Virus record (IMG/VR): IMGVR_UViG_3300027791_000079
Span: 1-32,488 of that record
Length of the DNA: 32,488 bases
Direction: 5' to 3' (one strand)
Origin: a virus
Lineage: Duplodnaviria > Caudoviricetes
Numbering within the stretch: the first letter of the stretch is position 1; each line of letters opens with the position of its first letter. The notes under the pieces were generated by a model that did no database searches, was not told the origin of the DNA, and saw only the letters and a list, made by a program, of their open reading frames with translations. The position numbers were made by a program, and so were the translations under genes. This document shows, one piece after another, positions 1 through 9,255 of this stretch.

Positions 1-124
1 TGAATAAATCTTTTCTTAGCGCCACTGTATCAATCTTTTTATGATCCTCAATGTCTTTAATTGTGACAGAATCTAAATGTAGATTGACAGGTTTTAATTC
101 GATTGTCTTAGTCTCTTTAGTCAT
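1..124 (-). CDS. Partial CDS (N-terminal 41 codons, runs off window edge), hypothetical protein translationally coupled to the upstream nuclease
   Basis: ATG at 124-122 overlaps the TAA of ORF 124..972 (TAATG). The frame MTKETKTIELKPVNLHLDSVTIKDIEDHKKIDTVALRKDLF is open to the edge. Not in the ORF track. Confidence 0.75.
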   Translation of the reverse strand, partial: MTKETKTIELKPVNLHLDSVTIKDIEDHKKIDTVALRKDLF

Positions 125-972
125 TAAGAATACGCATCTCCTACGAATACATTAAAGCAAGGTGTCTTACCGCCTTGACAAATGTTCTTCCATGTTACAG
201 CAAAACGTAAAACTACCTTACCATATTGATTAAGCAGTTTAATACTTTTACCTGCACTTACTACTTTAGTAACTACACTATCCATTTCTGTAAAGTCATA
301 AAATTCAACTGATTGCTTTTTAGTTTCGTAATTTTTAACAACACAGTATATTAAATCTGAATCTGAACTAAATTCAGAAGTTGTATTGTTGCCTAAAAGT
401 ATATCCTCTACCAGAATATTTAGTTGTTCTAAGTTGTCGTTAAGTTTGTTTGAAGCATACTCAGCGTATGCTAATTGACCTGGTTTAGTAATACGAGCAA
501 CTTGTTTTAATACTGTTGGATTAGTGTTACGAAACTCACGTAACACTTTAGCCCAATCAACACCATTCTTTATACTTCTGCCTATTAGGCCTTCTACTAG
601 TTGATATCTTTGATCTAGCAAACCTAACTGCTTGTCGTAGTCTGAGTATCCTAGGATATCGTTACTGACTTTTTTGTTAAACAATGCTTGTGAAGGGTTT
701 GCTTTTGTACCACTACCGATCTTCTTAGAAACTTTAAGTTCAACAGGTACTGTACCATCTGATCGGTAAACTTTAATGTCGCCTTTGTCATCGTATGATT
801 CAGCACCGACCCATTTAGCATCAACGATAGTAGTGTTAGGATATTGTTTGATAACATGTACTTTAATAGCATCAGCAATCTGCTGATCATATGGGTTACC
901 AGATGTACCAAGTATACCTAGTGCCGCATTCTTTTCTGCCTCTTCTGCCCAATCTCTACAATAAACTCCCAT
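124..972 (-). CDS. Putative PD-(D/E)xK nuclease, type II restriction endonuclease-like
   Basis: 282 aa with DKGDIKV...PVELKVS, fitting the D-x(n)-E-x-K catalytic motif. AAGGA RBS and its own consensus sigma70 promoter. Confidence 0.55.
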   Translation of the reverse strand: MGVYCRDWAEEAEKNAALGILGTSGNPYDQQIADAIKVHVIKQYPNTTIVDAKWVGAESYDDKGDIKVYRSDGTVPVELKVSKKIGSGTKANPSQALFNKKVSNDILGYSDYDKQLGLLDQRYQLVEGLIGRSIKNGVDWAKVLREFRNTNPTVLKQVARITKPGQLAYAEYASNKLNDNLEQLNILVEDILLGNNTTSEFSSDSDLIYCVVKNYETKKQSVEFYDFTEMDSVVTKVVSAGKSIKLLNQYGKVVLRFAVTWKNICQGGKTPCFNVFVGDAYS

Positions 973-1005
973 CTTATTATCCTTATTAATTTACTTTATA
1001 CTATT

Positions 1006-1034
1006 ATTATAATGCCTTAGCGGGCCTGTGTCAA
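1006..1034 (-). promoter_or_regulatory. Perfect sigma70-type promoter
   Basis: TTGACA (1034-1029), 17 bp spacer, TATAAT (1011-1006), upstream of ATG 972. Confidence 0.9.
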
Positions 1035-1047
1035 GTGTTTTATGCAT

Positions 1048-1076
1048 AAAAAATGCCCCATGGGAGTGGGGCATTT
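1048..1076 (-). terminator. Rho-independent terminator
   Basis: 10-bp perfect inverted repeat aaatgcccca/tggggcattt with a 6-nt loop, running into a U-tract on the minus strand. Confidence 0.85.
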
Positions 1077-1138
1077 AGCTTAGTTATATAGTTTACGGAC
1101 TATATCTTAAGGCATTGATGGCTCAATGCCCAAAGTTG

Positions 1139-2098
1139 TTATACACCAGTCGGCAGTGTTACGTTACCATCTGCGTCTGGTTGTAGTGTTTGTGCTTGTT
1201 GCTCTGCTTTTTGTCTTTCTTGTTCAACATACATAGGACCCACATTATCCAGAAGATATTGCTGATTTTCCATACAGAATACATATGAACCTGAGTGTCT
1301 TAATAGAACACGTTTGTCCATGTAGATTTTTCCACCTAGATCACGCCAGTTTTCACAGAATGTCCAGTCTTCTGAATAGTAGCGATTCTGACGTACAGCA
1401 GTGTCGAAGTAAGTCTTTAGATATTGATCGTATACTGGGTCGAGTCCGATGTCATTTTTATATTGCTTCACAGCAGGGTGACTATTTAATTTCTCAAACA
1501 CGTGTTTCTTCATCAATAAGAAACCAGTACCTGCTTTAGATACTTCTTGGAATCCATCTGGACCTTCTTCAGCACCTTCGAATCCGTTCACTACCCATTT
1601 GATCGGCATAGTCTTCATTGGATATAATCCACCAATAACATCTACATCTTTGTTTAAGAGTACTAGCAAATGCCACGGCTCCCAACCAATGTCTGCATCG
1701 ATAAACATTAAATGAGTTGCGTCTTCCATATGTAAGAACTTAGCAGTCAAAGTATTTCTTGCTCTACTGATCAATGATTCATTCACCATTGTTTCTAGTG
1801 TCCAGTCAATATTCAACTGACGAGCAGTATTTGCCCACTTGATGAATGACATGAATGTAGATTCAGTAAGCATACCACCATAACATGGCATAGCAATATG
1901 AACTTTAGTAGTACGTATAAAATCTACGTTAACTTGAATCTGTCCAGGTGCTAGTTCTTGTGGTGGGGCATCTGCGATTTCTTCAATTTTTTCCTGTAAT
2001 GTTTCTAAAGGAATAGTTGCTTCTTCTTTTTGCTTAGATGCTTTAGTTGTTTTTGCTGGTGCCTTCTTAGGGGCAGTTGTCTTTTTCTTTCCGGCCAT
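1139..2098 (-). CDS. GT-A fold (GT2-like) phage glycosyltransferase with Lys/Ala-rich N-terminal extension
   Basis: IAMPCYGG, ESLISRARN, DxD motif (FIDADI), GTGFLL, SEDWTFC and LRH.G motifs. AGGAG RBS. Confidence 0.8.
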   Translation of the reverse strand: MAGKKKTTAPKKAPAKTTKASKQKEEATIPLETLQEKIEEIADAPPQELAPGQIQVNVDFIRTTKVHIAMPCYGGMLTESTFMSFIKWANTARQLNIDWTLETMVNESLISRARNTLTAKFLHMEDATHLMFIDADIGWEPWHLLVLLNKDVDVIGGLYPMKTMPIKWVVNGFEGAEEGPDGFQEVSKAGTGFLLMKKHVFEKLNSHPAVKQYKNDIGLDPVYDQYLKTYFDTAVRQNRYYSEDWTFCENWRDLGGKIYMDKRVLLRHSGSYVFCMENQQYLLDNVGPMYVEQERQKAEQQAQTLQPDADGNVTLPTGV

Positions 2099-2174
2099 GT
2101 TAACTCCTGTGTTTTAATATAGTGGCTTTGTTTTATATAACTACTATTATTTACACTAGGTGCAAGGGGTGGAA

Positions 2175-4943
2175 TTATTTTTCTTCGATATAATCAGTGG
2201 TTTCGGACAAATCTATTTTGTTCCAAAATGCTTTGGGTGACAGTCTAGGAGTCTGCTGTCTTAATACTCTAGGTGCTGATGTATCTCTAGTGCCTCCAAA
2301 GTATTCTTTGAGTTGAATAGTCTTAATATGTAACTTTTCTAGTAAGTCTTCAGTAAACCTAAAGTCATTATCATCTGGATTGTAGTTTTCTATGTAGTCG
2401 ATGAGTTTAGTTATACTCTCCATCGCATCTAACATGTCTACAGGTAAAAGTTTTGCATCTGCTAGTTCAGCAAATTCTTGTTTTGCATTAAGCAATTCAG
2501 CCTGTAGTCTTGCTAACAGTTCTTCTTGCTCTGCTCTACGTTCACTATAGTAATTGTTTTCACGTTCTTGGGTTCTTTCTTTTTCTGCTCTGACTTTGTT
2601 TATGTCTACTACTTTGTTGTCTGTTTCTTTACCGAAGCCTCTGAGTTGAACAACGTTATCTTTTTCTTCTTCCATGAGTTCAAACAGTTTACGATGTAAG
2701 TCAACTGACTTAGACTTTTGTTCGTCTGTAGTTTCTTTGATCATGCCACGAATCTTGTTTATACTTTCATTTATTCGGGAAGGCATATAATTATCAAAGT
2801 TAGTCTGAGGCAGTTCTGTTCTAGTTTTTTCTATTTGTTTTGCTATTGGGGAATCAGCAGGGGATAACTTTTTAATTTCACTTTTTGTTTTAAGTTCTGC
2901 TTTTCTTTTTGCCATACGTTTTAAACTTGGATTATAACCTTTGACATCTCTATCAGTTAAGTTATAACCTTCTTGTTCCATTTTTTCAATTTCAGCAGTA
3001 TAATGCTTGTTAAATATATCATCGTATGTAATATCAGTTGCGTTCGCCGTTCCACCTGCTAAGGCTCCTAATGTTAAGGCTCCTATTGCTAGGTCTTTAC
3101 CAACACCTTCACTGACATAATTTCTATCATCGTCTGTGTCAAAGTAGTTTAGTTGTTGCAAGACTTCATCTATTACACTACTGCTATCAACAACATCTAT
3201 AACTCTACCACTAGCAAAGTTCCCCATACGTTGACCATGATGATCCATTTCTGGGTCTACGATATCTTCAACATCTAAATCAGATAATACACTGTAGATA
3301 TTGGCTTCTATTGCTTCTCTACTTTCAAATTCATCTTCATGTCCTTCAAAAGCATTTACTAAAGCATTGATTGCGGCATCTCTAATGATACTTCTTTCTT
3401 CGCCTTCATTGAATCCTTGTCTTCTACCATTTAAGTTTGGTGTATCTGTTAACGGCATTTCAATTTGCATACCTACTCCTACATTTTGTGAATCATGGTT
3501 CCAGTATTGCTTTGATTGATCAGGATCAACGAATGTTTCAGTAAAGAAGCCGGCAAGTTTCAATTCATCAACTGCTTTCTGTATAAATTCTGGTTTTGGT
3601 GTAGGCATAAATTGCAGGAGTTTCTCCGCATCACCTGTTGCTATAGCAGGAAATCTAAGCCACTTTTTTTCTCCTATAGTAACATTTCCATCTTCATCCG
3701 TTTCGGTATCTATATAATAAACTAGGTCTGATGTATCTGGAACATCCTCTTTCGAGTATGCAGTGACGTATTTACCTTGAGTATCCTGATAAACAAATAC
3801 TTCCTCTGCATTTGTTTTGCTAAATTGTAATCCTAATGCAAGGATACCGATGGCAAGTTTTTCTTTTAAACCTTCATCTAACTGCTCTGGACTTACAAAT
3901 GCTTCGTCTACTTGTTTGTCTTTCTTAAATGGTGATAATTTGCCGTCTGCATCTCTTTTAGTAGGTTGAGGTATTTTGTCACCTAATTTCTTCTTCATGT
4001 TTTGAAATTCTTTATTAGATGCATAATCTGCCGCAGTAGGAGTAGATGTTGGTTTGCCGTCTGCTCCCATAAATCCACTAACGTATTTAACTTCATCTAC
4101 TTGCTCAGGGTCTCTGTAGGCTCTCTGTATTAGGCTGTCCATCGCTTTGTCTACTGATACAGTAAACTCTCTACCTTTTTTATCAGTAACTACAATATTA
4201 GTTGAATGATCATCAACTGCTACTTTGTATCCTTTTGATTGTAACTGTGCTTTAGTGTATCTATTTTGATCTCCGTACCAATCGATTACGAGTTGTTGTA
4301 TGTTTTCAGGTAAATCAGGACGCTTAAATGGTACGACATCACCCTCAGTGATTTCATCAGTAAGTGCAGAATCTAATAACTTTATTACGTTGTTAATTAA
4401 CTTGTCGTTGCCTGCAATGTGAGGGTAAATCTGTTCTACAAACTTGCCTTTGCCTTCTGTATCTAATTTAGGCCAGGCGTTTCTAATTTCAGTCGCACTT
4501 GTAATACCTGCAAATTCTTCTGTCGGTAAGTAATCCATGTAACCTACATCTTTAAATGATCCGACTTTAGACCCTGACTTAGGTAATGCTTGAAAGTACC
4601 CCGGTGTACCATCTTTCTTTGTTCCGCCGGGCTTTGGGTATTCGTTTCTATCTTTTTCACTTCGTACAAAAACAATAGAATCATTCTCTGGATCATACTT
4701 GTCTGTGATTTCTTTTGGAACAAACGGAGACCTTACTTGTACAAACTCTCCTGTTGGAACACCTGAGATTTGTGCTAATTTTTCTTTAATTTTAAAAGGA
4801 AAAGGTCTCTGTTTTTGACTATCACTAGCCGCAACATAGATATCAGAACTTGCCCCGTATTTCTTTTTGATGCTATTATACAATGCGGCATGTCCTGCAT
4901 GAAACGGGTGAAAACCCCCGGGCATGATAACAATATTTGCCAT
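2175..4943 (-). CDS. HIGH-superfamily nucleotidyltransferase (cytidylyltransferase-like) domain fused to a ~720 aa modular acidic extension; probable virion internal protein
   Basis: N-terminal PGGFHPFHAGH (HxGH) and ITSATEIR motifs within the first ~200 aa. The remainder is a mosaic of segments bounded by hydrophobic-X-E motifs. Confidence 0.7.
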   Translation of the reverse strand: MANIVIMPGGFHPFHAGHAALYNSIKKKYGASSDIYVAASDSQKQRPFPFKIKEKLAQISGVPTGEFVQVRSPFVPKEITDKYDPENDSIVFVRSEKDRNEYPKPGGTKKDGTPGYFQALPKSGSKVGSFKDVGYMDYLPTEEFAGITSATEIRNAWPKLDTEGKGKFVEQIYPHIAGNDKLINNVIKLLDSALTDEITEGDVVPFKRPDLPENIQQLVIDWYGDQNRYTKAQLQSKGYKVAVDDHSTNIVVTDKKGREFTVSVDKAMDSLIQRAYRDPEQVDEVKYVSGFMGADGKPTSTPTAADYASNKEFQNMKKKLGDKIPQPTKRDADGKLSPFKKDKQVDEAFVSPEQLDEGLKEKLAIGILALGLQFSKTNAEEVFVYQDTQGKYVTAYSKEDVPDTSDLVYYIDTETDEDGNVTIGEKKWLRFPAIATGDAEKLLQFMPTPKPEFIQKAVDELKLAGFFTETFVDPDQSKQYWNHDSQNVGVGMQIEMPLTDTPNLNGRRQGFNEGEERSIIRDAAINALVNAFEGHEDEFESREAIEANIYSVLSDLDVEDIVDPEMDHHGQRMGNFASGRVIDVVDSSSVIDEVLQQLNYFDTDDDRNYVSEGVGKDLAIGALTLGALAGGTANATDITYDDIFNKHYTAEIEKMEQEGYNLTDRDVKGYNPSLKRMAKRKAELKTKSEIKKLSPADSPIAKQIEKTRTELPQTNFDNYMPSRINESINKIRGMIKETTDEQKSKSVDLHRKLFELMEEEKDNVVQLRGFGKETDNKVVDINKVRAEKERTQERENNYYSERRAEQEELLARLQAELLNAKQEFAELADAKLLPVDMLDAMESITKLIDYIENYNPDDNDFRFTEDLLEKLHIKTIQLKEYFGGTRDTSAPRVLRQQTPRLSPKAFWNKIDLSETTDYIEEK

Positions 4944-4944
4944 T

Positions 4945-5313
4945 TTAGTAACTTACTTTTACGTGTTGTACTGTACCATTACCAAAATCATTGATCTTTG
5001 CTCTCATGTATGTAAAATTACCTGATATATTCTGATAAGAATTCACGTTAGCATTCAGATTAGCCTGGTTGTTTGCATTTTTTTCATAGAGTTTAAACCA
5101 ATCTCCCTCAACAGGAGTCGATGCAAGAGTACCTTCTATAACTAAGTTACCTGTTACTTCTGTAAACTTATATGTTACAGTTTGTAGGTCTTGATTACCT
5201 AATACATAAGCGGCTGCCTGTATTGAGTTACCAGTAACATTATATTTTTGATTAGTCCCGTCATTGTTATAGACAGTTTGAGGTAATAATGTAAGAATTG
5301 TTGACTGTGACAT
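4945..5313 (-). CDS. Hypothetical beta-rich protein (possibly structural)
   Basis: 122 aa ORF tightly packed between neighbours, with an AGGGG RBS. Confidence 0.7.
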   Translation of the reverse strand: MSQSTILTLLPQTVYNNDGTNQKYNVTGNSIQAAAYVLGNQDLQTVTYKFTEVTGNLVIEGTLASTPVEGDWFKLYEKNANNQANLNANVNSYQNISGNFTYMRAKINDFGNGTVQHVKVSY

Positions 5314-5315
5314 TA

Positions 5316-5480
5316 TTATCCCCTAACTAATTCTACTATAACTGCTTCGCCAACTAACTCTTGTGCGACTGCTTCTAACTGAGAGGCTATCTCATCAGTT
5401 ATGATTGGTGCATCAGGAGCATCATCTTTTGCGATTTTGCTTAATTTGATTGCGACCATGTCTTCGACTATCTTAGCCAT
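5316..5480 (-). CDS. Small hypothetical protein (54 aa), missing from the ORF track
   Basis: MAKIVEDMVAIKLSKIAKDDAPDAPIITDEIASQLEAVAQELVGEAVIVELVRG*. GGAGA RBS, a late-type motif at 5503-5510, and it exactly fills the gap. Confidence 0.85.
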   Translation of the reverse strand: MAKIVEDMVAIKLSKIAKDDAPDAPIITDEIASQLEAVAQELVGEAVIVELVRG

Positions 5481-5502
5481 AATTATCTCCGTGTTATTAG
5501 AG

Positions 5503-5510
5503 TATTTATG
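5503..5510 (-). promoter_or_regulatory. T4-late-like promoter (CATAAATA)
   Basis: Recurrent intergenic motif, here upstream of ATG 5480. Confidence 0.65.
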
Positions 5511-5516
5511 CTAAGA

Positions 5517-7802
5517 TTATGGTAACTTAGGATTATCTTCTACTTCGATAATACCGTCATCTCCTACTTGTGCTATTTGTTTTTTAGTTGATGCAAAATC
5601 AATTGCATCAGTTTTATCATCAATTAAACACATAATATTTGAATCTTTAATCTTCTCAAATAAAATCTTCTTACTTAAAGGGACTCGTATGAGTTCATCA
5701 ATCTTTCTTGCTAATGGTCTAGCACCTAATTTAGAATCATATCCTTCTTTAGCAAGACGATCAATTGCTTTCTCATCAAAGTTAAGAGTGATGTTATGCT
5801 TTTCAATAAGTGCTTTCTGAAGATCAGCAACAAACTTAATAACAATTTTCTTAATTGCTAACATATCAAGTTTACCAAACTTACAAACCATGTCAAGTCT
5901 ATTTCTAAACTCAGGCTTAAAGAAGTTCTTCATTGCTTTCTCATCTTCGCCTAGTTTATCAGGATCACCGAAGCCAATGTTTGAACGTTCACCATCTGCA
6001 CTACCTAAGTTAGATGTGAGAATGATTAAGCAGTTCTTACATGATACTTGCTTACCATTAGATCCTGTGATAGTACCTTCATCTAACATCTGTAAGAAAA
6101 TATTAAAGATATCAGGGTGTGCTTTCTCAACTTCGTCAAACAATAGAATTGAATGAGGTTGTTTACTTAAGTCTGATATCAAGCGGCCGCCTTGCACTTG
6201 TGAATCACTGAAACCAACGTAACCTGGGGGAGGTCCTATCAAACTGCTTACACTGTGCTTCTCTGAATACTCGGACATATCGTATTTGAGTAGTGGCATA
6301 TCTAAGTTACTAGACAGCAATTTAGCCAATTCTGTTTTTCCCGTGCCTGTTGGTCCTAAGAATAGAAAACTTGCAATAGGTTTAGTCTCGTTACCGATTC
6401 CTGCAAACGATACATAAACTCTTTCGATTACATCGTCAACTACATTATCTTGACCATATAACTTGCTCTTAACATTAACGTCTAAGTTAGTAATACGATC
6501 TACATTGTCCCCTTTAAGTTTGTCAGCAGGGACGCCTGTGAACTTCTCTACTTGATCTAAGATCAATGACTTTGTTATATCAACACCTTTGTTCTCTAAT
6601 ACACGTTGCTTTGCACATGCGGCATCAAGTAAGTCAATAGACTTATCTGGATTCTTTCTATCATGTATGTATCTGTTAGCCATTTCAACACTTGATTCAA
6701 TCGCATCTTCTGTGATATGAACGTTGTGAAAATCATTTAATCTTTCTGACAAGCCACGTAAAATTCTGACTGTTGTGTCTGTGCTAGGCTCATCGATTGT
6801 TACACGATAGAATCTACGCATTAATGCTCTGTCTTTCTCAAACGATTCGTAGTACTCTTCCCATGTAGTTGATGCTATTACTTTAAGATTACCTTTAGTA
6901 ATTGCAGGCTTAATCATGTTAGCAAAGTCAACTGACCCATTAGACGTTTGTCCTGCTCCACCCATTGTATGTGCTTCATCAATGAATAGAATACAATTCT
7001 TTTTAACTTCTAATGCTGAAAGAACTTCTTTAACTTTTTCTTCAAACTCACCTCTATACTTTGAGCCAGCAAGTAAACTACCAATCTCTAATGAATAGAC
7101 TTCATGTCCTTCTAAGAACTCAGGTACTTCTTCGTTGACAACTGCTGATGCAATGCCTTCTGCGATTGCAGTTTTACCTACACCCGGGTCACCTACCATT
7201 AATACATTTGCTTTAAATTTCTTTGCTAAGACATTAATGATGTCATCAATTTCTTTTGTACGACCTATAACAGGTTCTAACTTTTCTTCTCTTGCAAGTT
7301 GAGTTAAGTTAGTTGTGTATTCTTCTAAGATTTCATCTGCCTGTTCAGCATTGATTGAAGTTGTTTCTTGGTGTCTATAATTTTTCTGCCAAAAGTCAAT
7401 AAACTGAGCCTTTACAATGCCATACTTTAATAAGAAGTAATGTGCATGAGTATTCCCTTCAGTTGCTATTGACAAATATATATCAATAGTAGTAACTTGT
7501 CTACGTCCTGTAAATAGAACTTGTGTGACGCCTCTGTTCATTACACGTTCTAGTGAATTTGTTTTCTTAGGTACACACTCTGGATCTTTAGATTCAATAG
7601 CATGTAAGCCATTAAGATATGCTTCTATCTCACTGATCATTAAGTCAGTATCAACATTAAATTGATTCAATACTTTCTTAAACGGCGGATGCGTTACTAA
7701 TGCATGAAGTAAATGTTCAATAGTAACATATTCGTGGTTATAGGACTTTGCTGTCTCTACAGACCTGGAGATAATGTTTTCGATTTCTGGTGATGTGTTC
7801 AA
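5517..7802 (-). CDS. clpA: ATP-dependent Clp protease ATPase subunit, ClpA-like (Hsp100)
   Basis: Clp N-domain (HEYVTIEHLL) and two AAA+ modules (GDPGVGKT/FIDEAH; GPTGTGKT/LFDEVEKAHPD). IGF ClpP-docking loop present, no ClpB middle domain. TTG start with GAGGA RBS. Confidence 0.92.
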   Translation of the reverse strand: MNTSPEIENIISRSVETAKSYNHEYVTIEHLLHALVTHPPFKKVLNQFNVDTDLMISEIEAYLNGLHAIESKDPECVPKKTNSLERVMNRGVTQVLFTGRRQVTTIDIYLSIATEGNTHAHYFLLKYGIVKAQFIDFWQKNYRHQETTSINAEQADEILEEYTTNLTQLAREEKLEPVIGRTKEIDDIINVLAKKFKANVLMVGDPGVGKTAIAEGIASAVVNEEVPEFLEGHEVYSLEIGSLLAGSKYRGEFEEKVKEVLSALEVKKNCILFIDEAHTMGGAGQTSNGSVDFANMIKPAITKGNLKVIASTTWEEYYESFEKDRALMRRFYRVTIDEPSTDTTVRILRGLSERLNDFHNVHITEDAIESSVEMANRYIHDRKNPDKSIDLLDAACAKQRVLENKGVDITKSLILDQVEKFTGVPADKLKGDNVDRITNLDVNVKSKLYGQDNVVDDVIERVYVSFAGIGNETKPIASFLFLGPTGTGKTELAKLLSSNLDMPLLKYDMSEYSEKHSVSSLIGPPPGYVGFSDSQVQGGRLISDLSKQPHSILLFDEVEKAHPDIFNIFLQMLDEGTITGSNGKQVSCKNCLIILTSNLGSADGERSNIGFGDPDKLGEDEKAMKNFFKPEFRNRLDMVCKFGKLDMLAIKKIVIKFVADLQKALIEKHNITLNFDEKAIDRLAKEGYDSKLGARPLARKIDELIRVPLSKKILFEKIKDSNIMCLIDDKTDAIDFASTKKQIAQVGDDGIIEVEDNPKLP

Positions 7803-7824
7803 ATTTTTGTTCCTCTACATTTAT

Positions 7825-8649
7825 TTAGTTGTTCTTCAAGTCCTGTATATCTTTATATTTTACGATCTCATTTATAATACCTTGTTCTATTGTAGCTGGA
7901 ATTATACCTTTTAGCAAGATTAATTGGTCACCAAATTGCCCAGAAATTACATTAGGACCTCTAGGATCACTGATCGGCATTCCTTGACCTGATAATTTAA
8001 TCTGAGTATTAGGTTGAGTGCCGGGTGCTACTTTTACTTTCATTACTTTACCAGATATTGTAGTAAACTTAATCTCTGTCCCTACAATTAAGTCTAGTAC
8101 AGAAATAGTATGAGGAGAAACTAAGTGCGGACCATGTCTCTCAAAAAATGAGTCATTCATAACATTAAAATCAATGACCATTGTACTATTTGGTTGTACA
8201 AGATTATCATATTTAGTTTGTTGTCCAGTCTGTACTCCTTTTGGAATATTGACATTCACTACTTTCTTACCTTGAGGTGAATTTAATTCTAATGATTGCT
8301 GTCCACCTGTATATGCTTGACGTAATGTAACATTTAATGTTGTTCGATACATTGGTCTTTGTGGCTGACGTTGATGCTGTTGTCCACGTTGATTGAAGAT
8401 ATCACCGAAGATATCGCCGAACGGATTACCTTGTTGAAAAGAATTTTGTCCACCGAACGGATTAGGATTATCGTACTGTGATTTCTTCTCAGGGTCACTT
8501 AAAACATCGTATGCTTCTTGTACTTTTTTAAACTGTTCTGGATTTCCACCTTTGTCAGGATGATGTTTACTAGCAAGCCTGCGATAAGATTTCTTTATAT
8601 CTGAGGGAGTGCTGGTATGATTTACACCTAATGTTTCGTAATAATCCAT
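7825..8649 (-). CDS. dnaJ: DnaJ-class co-chaperone (type II/CbpA-like, no Zn finger)
   Basis: J domain with HPD motif (KHHPDKGG), G/F-rich linker and C-terminal DnaJ domain. Confidence 0.92.
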   Translation of the reverse strand: MDYYETLGVNHTSTPSDIKKSYRRLASKHHPDKGGNPEQFKKVQEAYDVLSDPEKKSQYDNPNPFGGQNSFQQGNPFGDIFGDIFNQRGQQHQRQPQRPMYRTTLNVTLRQAYTGGQQSLELNSPQGKKVVNVNIPKGVQTGQQTKYDNLVQPNSTMVIDFNVMNDSFFERHGPHLVSPHTISVLDLIVGTEIKFTTISGKVMKVKVAPGTQPNTQIKLSGQGMPISDPRGPNVISGQFGDQLILLKGIIPATIEQGIINEIVKYKDIQDLKNN

Positions 8650-8654
8650 ACTAT

Positions 8655-8683
8655 ATTATAACGGACTGTTGCAGAAAAGTCAA
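8655..8683 (-). promoter_or_regulatory. sigma70-type promoter for dnaJ-clpA, probably leaderless
   Basis: TTGACT (8683-8678), 17 bp spacer, TATAAT (8660-8655). The ATG follows 5 nt later with no RBS. Confidence 0.8.
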
Positions 8684-8706
8684 CAGTTTATTAACCCAAT
8701 CTATAA

Positions 8707-9255
8707 TTAAATGCCGGCTGCGGCTTGTATACTTTTAATGTATTCGTCTTTTGGTGTATCAGACTCTTTGTGATCTAGTCCTGCTTGATTTCTCATTTCA
8801 TTGAGTTCTTCTTCGATTGGATCTTCTTTTTCAATCTGATATTTTGCTGGGTTTAAGATAATTTTTTGTTTCATAATATCTAACTCTAGTGGATAGTCTT
8901 CAGCACCTATATTAACAGTATATTCATCTGCAGGAGTTCCTGTGAGTGTTTCTAACTCAGTCATTAATCCTAGAATTCTACGTGCTACCCATGAACGTCT
9001 TTCCATTTCTACAAACACTAACCATTTGTTAGGTTCAAGTTCGCCTTCACTAATACTTGCATCTAAGATATAATCATAGCCTCTTTCAAACCATGTAACT
9101 AAATCTTCTGCGACTAATTCTGACTTAACTGTAAATGTTACTGTGACAATATCTTTATCACTTCCCATCTTAGCGGCATACTCATCGATAGATATATACG
9201 GATAAATTTGTCCTTCCATATCTAAATAATTCAAACTTTCATTTATTATAGTCAT
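8707..9255 (-). CDS. Hypothetical phage protein (possible head-associated protein)
   Basis: 182 aa, TAATG overlap with the upstream gene. N-terminal IINE motif and C-terminal MRNQAGL / IQAAAGI motifs. Confidence 0.75.
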   Translation of the reverse strand: MTIINESLNYLDMEGQIYPYISIDEYAAKMGSDKDIVTVTFTVKSELVAEDLVTWFERGYDYILDASISEGELEPNKWLVFVEMERRSWVARRILGLMTELETLTGTPADEYTVNIGAEDYPLELDIMKQKIILNPAKYQIEKEDPIEEELNEMRNQAGLDHKESDTPKDEYIKSIQAAAGI

